Assembly (NCBI GenBank): GCA_049889715.1 | Contig: JBMHCW010000062.1 | Location: 6,858 to 70,857, forward strand | Source: Akkermansiaceae bacterium | GTDB taxonomy: Bacteria > Verrucomicrobiota > Verrucomicrobiia > Verrucomicrobiales > Akkermansiaceae | Length of the DNA: 64,000 nucleotides | Direction of reading: 5' to 3' | Shown: positions 28,933 through 35,137 of the stretch, piece by piece | Position numbering within the stretch: the stretch's first letter is position 1 | Layout: each line of letters starts with the position of its first letter | The notes under the pieces: model-generated | Databases searched by the model: none | The model's input: only the letters and a program-made list of their open reading frames with translations | Told to the model about the DNA's origin: nothing | Translations under genes and position numbers: made by a program

Positions 28933-29342
28933 TTCCGGCCAGAAACATGGAGCCGACGATGCCGGCCAATGAACAAGTCATTGCCCGCTTGACTCCCAAT
29001 TATGCGGCACAGCTGAGTCGGAACGAGGTGGTCGTCTTCGAGTTTGAATCGAAAAGGGCCACCGAAGTCGGGGGGCTTACCAGCACCTATGCCATGAGGG
29101 TGATTGGATTTCCCGGCGATGAAATCAGGTTTTCTCGGGAGGGCCTGTGGAGCGATGGGGAGGAGTATCTCACTCCTAGTGGGAAAGTGGTTTCAATGGC
29201 GACCCTGCCTTCACAGAAATTCGTGGTGCAGGAAGGTGAATACTTCATGATCGGAGATAATCCTCGGGTGTCTCTGGATAGCCGATTTTTCGGCACCGTC
29301 AGGGCGAGTGAAATCAAAGGGAAGATTCTCTTTGTGGAGTGA
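28929..29342 (+). CDS. S26 signal peptidase I homologue, catalytic Ser and Lys both substituted (predicted inactive)
   Basis: IPARNMEPTM compared with canonical IPSxSMxPTL. RNEVVVFEF compared with RGDxVVF. YAMRVIGFPGDEI compared with xxKRVIGLPGD. YFMIGDNPRVSLDSRFFG compared with GDNRxxSxDSR. The boxes are colinear with LepB, but the nucleophile is Asn (AAC 28944..28946) and the general base is Met (ATG 29094..29096). Confidence 0.7.
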   Translation: MIPARNMEPTMPANEQVIARLTPNYAAQLSRNEVVVFEFESKRATEVGGLTSTYAMRVIGFPGDEIRFSREGLWSDGEEYLTPSGKVVSMATLPSQKFVVQEGEYFMIGDNPRVSLDSRFFGTVRASEIKGKILFVE

Positions 29343-29465
29343 GGAACTATTTTTGAAGTTTTTTGGAATAGAATCGAGTGGGGTTTCTCTTATCGAGCGA
29401 TGCCCTCCTTCATGGGTTGGCGTCGCTCAAAGCACCTCAACCAACAACAATGAAAAATCGATTCG

Positions 29466-30206
29466 ATGACAAAAATGAAAGGCCTTGTCTTGGGCCTCCT
29501 CGCGACGGGCTCCGCCAGTGGAGAAACGATGATCAAGGTCCAGTTTGAAAGCAAGGGGCCGACAGGAAACGCACCGGTCGCCGGGGTGTTTCATGATGGA
29601 AGTTTTGGAAACTTCGCAACCGGAAGCGCCGCTTCCGCAGGGCTGGAGACTCTCGCCGAAGTCGGGAATCCCGCTCCTTATCTGGCTGAGGCTGGATTCA
29701 ATGGCGGGACCAATGGTGCTCCCTTTGCCACAGGAAATACAGTGGACTTCATTGTCACGGTGGACCCGGTCAACACATCGTTCAGCTATGCCTCCATGGT
29801 GCCGGCCAGTAACGATTGGTTTATCGGCAACTCTTCTGCGGTCGATGTGTCATCCCTGGTGGGCGGCATGAATGGCACTACGTTGAGCTGGGACGTCACC
29901 CGGGTCTACGATGCCGGAACCGAGTTGGAGGATTTTGCCTTCTCGCCTGGAAACGGAATGCTCGGAGTAACCACTCCGGCCGACCTCGCCGGAGGAACAG
30001 ATCAGAACGGCGTGGTTTCCCTGGTGACCGGACCGGATCCCTTCGCGGCTTTTGCCAATCCCTCGCCAGGATTTGATTCCACCGCGTTTGACTTCACCCA
30101 ACCGGATACGGTGCTGGGAACATTTACCCTGACGGTGGTCCCCGAACCTTCGACTGCGATGATGGGGCTCTTGGCAATCCTACCCATGCTTCGTCGTCGA
30201 CGATAG
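29466..30206 (+). CDS. Spondin_N-like domain protein with PEP-CTERM anchor
   Basis: VAGVFHDGSFGNFATGS...FSYASMVPASNDWFIGNS...YDAGTELEDF resembles bacterial spondin_N domains. The C-terminus VVPEPSTAMMGLLAILPMLRRRR is PEP-CTERM. Confidence 0.75.
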   Translation: MTKMKGLVLGLLATGSASGETMIKVQFESKGPTGNAPVAGVFHDGSFGNFATGSAASAGLETLAEVGNPAPYLAEAGFNGGTNGAPFATGNTVDFIVTVDPVNTSFSYASMVPASNDWFIGNSSAVDVSSLVGGMNGTTLSWDVTRVYDAGTELEDFAFSPGNGMLGVTTPADLAGGTDQNGVVSLVTGPDPFAAFANPSPGFDSTAFDFTQPDTVLGTFTLTVVPEPSTAMMGLLAILPMLRRRR

Positions 30207-30331
30207 TCTGATGAAATGACGCCACGGCTCCCTGACGAGCGGTCGGGGAGTCGTGTTCTTGTGCCCGCGTGGTGTAAAGGAGAGCGGGATTTGTAGAAGT
30301 CAGCGGGAGAGGATGAGGTCATTCTCTACTC

Positions 30332-30600
30332 ATGAAATGTGCTCAGTGTCAGGGCACCAACCTCATCGACAACGTCCGCTTGTGTGAAAATGGAGCGGGG
30401 GTTCGGGTATATAGTTATCGTGAGCCGGAGGCCATGATTTTCAAGGGGCCATCTCAGCTTCCATACGAGCCAGGGTGTGCGCTGACTGTGGTGACACGAC
30501 ACTGTATGTCAGCCATCGTGATGCCCGGAAGCTGTCATACGGTGAAGGGTTGCCGGACTATTCCACGGCTCAGGACACAACCACTGCGGAATCGTCCTGA
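30332..30600 (+). pseudogene. Small zinc-ribbon protein, apparently frameshifted (second CxxC knuckle lies in another frame)
   Basis: Frame 1 reads MKCAQCQGTNLIDNVRL...EAMIFKG, then R/T/P-rich nonsense. The frame reached by adding 1 nt reads ...ARVCADCGDTTLYVSHRDARKLSYGEGLPDYSTAQDTTTAESS* (stop 30598..30600). A G4 run at 30445..30448 is a plausible indel site. Confidence 0.35.
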
Positions 30601-31622
30601 TGACTGAGCACGCCGATGTCGGCCACGATGTGGGCTCCGTTGGCGAGAAGAATTTCCTGGGCGTCGTGGAGGTGGTCGGGATGCACGGCGAGCAGAAGAC
30701 CACCCGAAGTCTGGGCGTCGGCAAGGAGAATTTGTAGTTCCTTGGGAACATCCGAAGCAAAGGTGGTGAATTCCTTGGCGAGCTCGAGGTTCTGGCGCGA
30801 CCCTCCCGGGACACAACCTTGTTTGATGAATTCGAGAACTTCGTGATCGATGGCAGGCACTGCGTGGGAATCGATGCGCGCGGTGAGATGCGACTCGCGG
30901 CACATATGGCTGAGGTGCCCGAGCAGGCCGAAGCCGGTGACGTCGGTTCCGGCGCGGGTCAGTCCGGTGGTGGCCAGGGCGGCTCCGGCGGTATTGAGGG
31001 CGGCCATTTCCTTGGCGGCCTTGGCTGCCAGCTCCTCGGAGGCGAGGCCTCGTTTGATGGCGGTGGAAATGATGCCCGTTCCGAGAGGTTTGGTCAGGAC
31101 CAGATGATCGCCGGCGGTGGCTCCGGCATTTGAAATGACCCGGTGAGGGTTGACCAGTCCGGTGACCGAAAGGCCGTAGAGAGGTTCGGGGTTTTGGACG
31201 GTATGACCCCCGGCAAGAGCGCAGTTGGCTTCGGCCACCTTGTCGGCGCCTCCTTTGAGAATCTGGTTGATGGTCTCAAGCGAAAGTAGATCGGTGGGAA
31301 CGGCCACGATATTCATGGCCGTGACCGGCTTGCCACCCATGGCGTAAACGTCCGAAAGCGAATTGGCGGCCGCGATTTGGCCGAAGAGATAGGGGTCGTC
31401 GACGATGGGCGTGAAGAAGTCGAGGGTCTGGACGAGGGCGAGATCGGGGGCGACGCGGTAAACAGCGGCGTCGTCCGAGCTGGCGGAACCAATGAGAAGG
31501 TCGGGGTCCTGGATGTTGGTGATGCCACGCAAGACTTGCGTGAGTTCGGCTTGGCCGAGCTTCGAGGCTCACCCTCCGCAAGAGGCCATTTCGGTCAGGC
31601 GTTTGATATCTTCGCGACTCAT
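30570..31622 (-). CDS. selD: Selenide, water dikinase (selenophosphate synthetase), selenocysteine-containing; in-frame TGA at 31569..31571
   Basis: The track ORF (30570..31532) lacks the N-terminal catalytic loop. Upstream in the same frame I read ATG(31622) MSREDIKRLTEMASCGG-TGA-ASKLGQAELTQVLRGITNIQDPDLLIG... The U-A-S-K aligns with C17-G-C-K20 of E. coli SelD. The rest (DDAAVY, DFFTPIVDDPYLFGQIAAANSLSDVYAMGG, AGGHT, LTKPLGTG, TDVTGFGLLGHL) is canonical SelD. Confidence 0.9.
31525..31560 (-). promoter_or_regulatory. Candidate bacterial SECIS hairpin(s) downstream of the selD UGA
   Basis: mRNA +12..+28 reads GCUCGGC-CAA-GCCGAAC. mRNA +29..+47 reads UCACGCAA-GUC-UUGCGUGG, an 8 bp stem with GU in the apical loop. 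I cannot tell which one, if either, is functional. Confidence 0.3.
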
Positions 31623-31708
31623 ATGGAAAAACGTTAGCCCATCGCAGGAATTTTTAAACCCTTTCCCGGTTTTCAAGAAAGGAAAGTGAGTGTTAGGCTA
31701 ACGGCACC

Positions 31709-33061
31709 ATGGCGCAGAAACCGGATCCATATTCCCTGGAAGGTGTGAAGAATCGGGAGAAATCCGGGTTCCCGTGGGTGACGATCTTTTTTGCCTTGGG
31801 ATTCGTCGCCGCGGCTTTGGCGGTAGGGGCGTTGATTCTGACCCCCTATGCCGAGAAGGTGCGTCGCAAGGTTGGGCTGTCAGAAGAGAAACCGGTTCCC
31901 GAGCCTCCCGAGCCGAAAGTCATCGTGGAGGAGAAGATCGTGGAAAAAACGGTCGAGAAGACCGTGAAGGTTCCGCCGCCGTTTTACCAGGCAAGGTCGG
32001 GCTCCCAGGTTGCCAAGACGTCGAAGGGGTATGACTTCAGGACAACCTTCAAGGAAGAGGAGGGGAAGCTCGCTTCGTCTGAACGGGTGCGGGAAGGAAG
32101 CTATGAAGCGGGCATTACCGTGACGGTGAGCCGACCCAAGGCCGCCACCACGTTGGAAGAATTGAAGTCGGTGAACCCCAAGCTGGACAAGATCCTCCCC
32201 GGTCTTCCCGAGTTGGTGAAGACGGCCAAGGTGTCCGAATTTTTTGGCAAGCTCTACGAGAACAAGGCGAAGCGATTGAAGTCGAAGGCGTATCAATTGG
32301 ATGATCTGCTGACGAAGCACAACTACTACGATTGCCAGACGATGCTGGAAATGGAGTTTCCCGGATCGAAGAGAAAAGTGTTTCTCATGCAGGGCGACAT
32401 GGATGTGGTTTCGGATGGGTCGGATGGAGACCGGCTTCCCACCATGCCAGAGAAGATTGTCAATTCACACTACTATCAACCATTCACGAGCTATGGCTGG
32501 AAGAAGACAGGCGATGTCGAGAACCCCATGATTGCGGGTTGGCGGAAGTGGTTGGCGGAAGAACGGGCCAAGCCCGAGCCCAAAGAGTCGGAGATCAAAC
32601 GCCTGGAGGCCGGGATCGAGGACATGAAGAGGAGGAGTTTTTTGATCGCGGACCACGATCCCTTTATCGTGATTCCCATCGATGTCATCGGCGACCGTGT
32701 CAGTCCTTATGGTCCCAATGTCGGAGACTATGTCGTGGTGATTCACGAGGAGAGGATCTTCCCGGCCATTGTGGGTGATGGCGGGCCGACCTTTAAGATT
32801 GGCGAGGGGAGTCTGCGCTTGGCCAAGGAGATCAACGAAAAGGCGTCGCCCTACAGTCGGCCGGTCTCTGATGTGAGTGTGACCTACATTGTTTTTCCCC
32901 GGACTTCGGGCAAGTGGAAGGCACCGGATTACGACGATTGGCGGGCGGAATGTGAGAAGCTGCTCGGGGAAGTCGGTGGATTGGGGGCGGGATACTCGCT
33001 GCATCAGTGGATCAACACCCTGCCGGAGCCGGTGGTCGAGGAAGTGGTTCCCGAACAATAA
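31709..33061 (+). CDS. Membrane-anchored protein with C-terminal glycoside hydrolase family 75 (chitosanase-like) domain
   Basis: N-terminal TM WVTIFFALGFVAAALAVGALIL and a Pro/Glu/Lys-rich linker. The C-terminal blocks GDMDVVSDGSDGD, DPFIVIP and FPAIVGDGGPTFKIGEGSLRLAKEI parallel MDIDCDG, YVVFG and GIWGDTNG..GEASISLA of fungal GH75 chitosanase (from memory). Confidence 0.55.
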   Translation: MAQKPDPYSLEGVKNREKSGFPWVTIFFALGFVAAALAVGALILTPYAEKVRRKVGLSEEKPVPEPPEPKVIVEEKIVEKTVEKTVKVPPPFYQARSGSQVAKTSKGYDFRTTFKEEEGKLASSERVREGSYEAGITVTVSRPKAATTLEELKSVNPKLDKILPGLPELVKTAKVSEFFGKLYENKAKRLKSKAYQLDDLLTKHNYYDCQTMLEMEFPGSKRKVFLMQGDMDVVSDGSDGDRLPTMPEKIVNSHYYQPFTSYGWKKTGDVENPMIAGWRKWLAEERAKPEPKESEIKRLEAGIEDMKRRSFLIADHDPFIVIPIDVIGDRVSPYGPNVGDYVVVIHEERIFPAIVGDGGPTFKIGEGSLRLAKEINEKASPYSRPVSDVSVTYIVFPRTSGKWKAPDYDDWRAECEKLLGEVGGLGAGYSLHQWINTLPEPVVEEVVPEQ

Positions 33062-33093
33062 AAAAGCCGGACTCCAGAAGGAGACCGGCTTTG
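33059..33093. terminator. Bidirectional hairpin between convergent genes
   Basis: AAAAAGCCGG-A-CTCC-agaa-GGAG-A-CCGGCTTTGG. The A-run upstream gives a U-tract for the minus-strand transcript. Confidence 0.55.
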
Positions 33094-33114
33094 GAGAACT
33101 GAGAGAGGAAGGGC

Positions 33115-33846
33115 TTACTTCTTCATCTTGAAGATCGAATCATCGATCTCCTTGTTGTGTTCGATGGAGCTAAACTTCATCACCATGTTTTGCGGGCCAG
33201 CCTTGATGTTCATGGTGAAGGGGATTTTCACTCCATCGATCTCCTTGTAATCGGAGAGCTTGGTTTCGGCGGTCATTTCGCCTCCGGGACCCACGGCCAG
33301 CTTGGTGACGATTTTGGCCAGCAATCCGGTGGACTGATCAAAGAAGAGGGTCTTGGCATTGCTGTCCTTGGACTTGGCTTCCACCACGCTGTAGGTTTTG
33401 TCGCCTTCCTTGCTGTCGTCCAGAAGTTTGGCGGAAACGAGGTCTTTGAGGAGTTGATCTTCCATGAACATCGAGGCTCCTTCCTTGGCTTGTGCCAATT
33501 CAGGTCCGGCGAGCTTGCGTGCTCCCTGAATGCTGTCCTTGGACCAACCTTCCTTGCCATCGTATCCCTGTTCGACCGTCATGATATCGGGGATGACGGA
33601 TTTGGAGTAGAAGAAGCTGGGCGCCTTTTGTTTGACTTCGACCGTGAGGGTCATGCCTTGAGCGGGAAGATCCACCTTGCCGATGGAGATCCGCGATTTG
33701 ATCTTGTCGAGAGCGGCTCGTTCGCCGGTGGCTTTGACGCTCTTTTCGAGAATGGCCTTGGCCTTGGGGTCGATGGTGTCCTCCGCGAACAACGGAGAGG
33801 CTGCCATCAGGGCGAAGGAGAGAGGGAGGAGTAACTTGGGAGTCAT
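33115..33846 (-). CDS. Secreted LolA-fold / outer-membrane lipoprotein-sorting-like protein
   Basis: Signal peptide MTPKLLLPLSFALMAASPLFA and a beta-rich 220-aa body of the 'outer membrane lipoprotein-sorting protein' type. The ATGA overlap with the upstream S41 gene implies co-translation. Confidence 0.55.
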   Translation of the reverse strand: MTPKLLLPLSFALMAASPLFAEDTIDPKAKAILEKSVKATGERAALDKIKSRISIGKVDLPAQGMTLTVEVKQKAPSFFYSKSVIPDIMTVEQGYDGKEGWSKDSIQGARKLAGPELAQAKEGASMFMEDQLLKDLVSAKLLDDSKEGDKTYSVVEAKSKDSNAKTLFFDQSTGLLAKIVTKLAVGPGGEMTAETKLSDYKEIDGVKIPFTMNIKAGPQNMVMKFSSIEHNKEIDDSIFKMKK

Positions 33847-35129
33847 TGTTTCTTTTTGGTTTTCTGTTTTTTGATCCAGCGGAGCGCTGCTTCGAGATCA
33901 GGGTCTTTTCCCTGTTGAAGGACGGCGGGGTCCAGAGGGATGAGATCGTCGGGAGTGACGCCCTGACCTTCGAGATGCACCTTGTCGACGGCTGTCACAA
34001 AATCTCCGATGGCGTACTGCAAGCGGTCGCCATTGGGGAGATTGTCTAGAATCGAGGGAAGAACGGCGGCCATGGTGGGGCGGCCGATAATGCGGGCCCG
34101 TTTGTGTTCCTGAAGGGCTGCGGCGAAAATTTCGGAAGTCGAGGCGCTGAAGGAATCGACCAAAACGGCAATTGGTCCGAGATAGGCATTTTCCTGGGGG
34201 AAGGCGTGAAAGGGGTAGTTGCCACTGGGATTGTTCATGTCGCCAAGATCGAGCTCTTCGTCGATAAGGCGGCCGATAAGGCCGGTGGCCATGATGGCCA
34301 GTCCGCCGGGATTGCCCCGCAGGTCGATGATCATTCCATCGGCATTTTCGGAGTTGGCCTGAGCCACCGCCTTGATCAAGCGGGGCATGATGGACGGGAC
34401 AAAAATGTTGAAATCGATCAACCTCACCTTTTCCTCACCGGGAACAAGGCTAGTGTTGAATTCAACCGGGTGCTCCTGCCCTTGTCCGAGGCTGCCCCAT
34501 TCGCCTTCGTAGAATCCCGGTCGGAAATTGAAGGGCTTTTTGCGCCCTTTGATGCGGAGAGTGGTTTTCCCATCCTTGGGAGTGGCTGCCAGTTCATAAA
34601 CCTCGCCCATGGCGTGGTGGAGCACGACACCTTTTGAGTCAGGCTTGATTGAATGGCTTTTGAGGAATTTGGGAACGCCCTTTTTCTCGATTTTCACAAT
34701 CTCCATTCCGGGGGTGACACCGGCCTTGGCGGCGGGGGAATCTGGAGCTACTTCGAAGACGAGAAGCTTGCCTTTGCTGAAGCGGAGTTCGAGGCCGAGG
34801 TAAGCACCATTTTCGTTTTGATCGTCATTTTCTTCGCCGCTTCCAAACACCCCGAAATGGCTGCGGCCGAGCTCGCCGAGCATCTCGTTGAGAATGGTGC
34901 GGAGTTCTTCGCGGGACCCGGCCTCTTTGACCTTCCCTTCGTATTGCTCCTTGATCTTCTTCCAATCAACCCCGTTGAAGGTGCGGTCGTAGAAGGACTC
35001 GTCCACTTTCTGCCAGACGGCGAGAAAGGTTTTCCGGGCAAGTTCGGGTGAATGCTCTTCGGCTGAAAGAGGCAGCGTGAACAAGCCCGCGGCGAGGATG
35101 GTGAGGAATGATTTGGCCATGGATTTCAA
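33843..35129 (-). CDS. S41 family C-terminal processing peptidase with PDZ domain
   Basis: PDZ block (GLELRFSKGKLLVFEVAPDSPAAKAGVTPGMEIVKI), IIDLRGNPGG, the catalytic Ser region VLVDSFSASTSEIFA and the Lys region HKRARIIG. Confidence 0.9.
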   Translation of the reverse strand: MKSMAKSFLTILAAGLFTLPLSAEEHSPELARKTFLAVWQKVDESFYDRTFNGVDWKKIKEQYEGKVKEAGSREELRTILNEMLGELGRSHFGVFGSGEENDDQNENGAYLGLELRFSKGKLLVFEVAPDSPAAKAGVTPGMEIVKIEKKGVPKFLKSHSIKPDSKGVVLHHAMGEVYELAATPKDGKTTLRIKGRKKPFNFRPGFYEGEWGSLGQGQEHPVEFNTSLVPGEEKVRLIDFNIFVPSIMPRLIKAVAQANSENADGMIIDLRGNPGGLAIMATGLIGRLIDEELDLGDMNNPSGNYPFHAFPQENAYLGPIAVLVDSFSASTSEIFAAALQEHKRARIIGRPTMAAVLPSILDNLPNGDRLQYAIGDFVTAVDKVHLEGQGVTPDDLIPLDPAVLQQGKDPDLEAALRWIKKQKTKKKQ

Positions 35130-35137
35130 GGAGTGGG

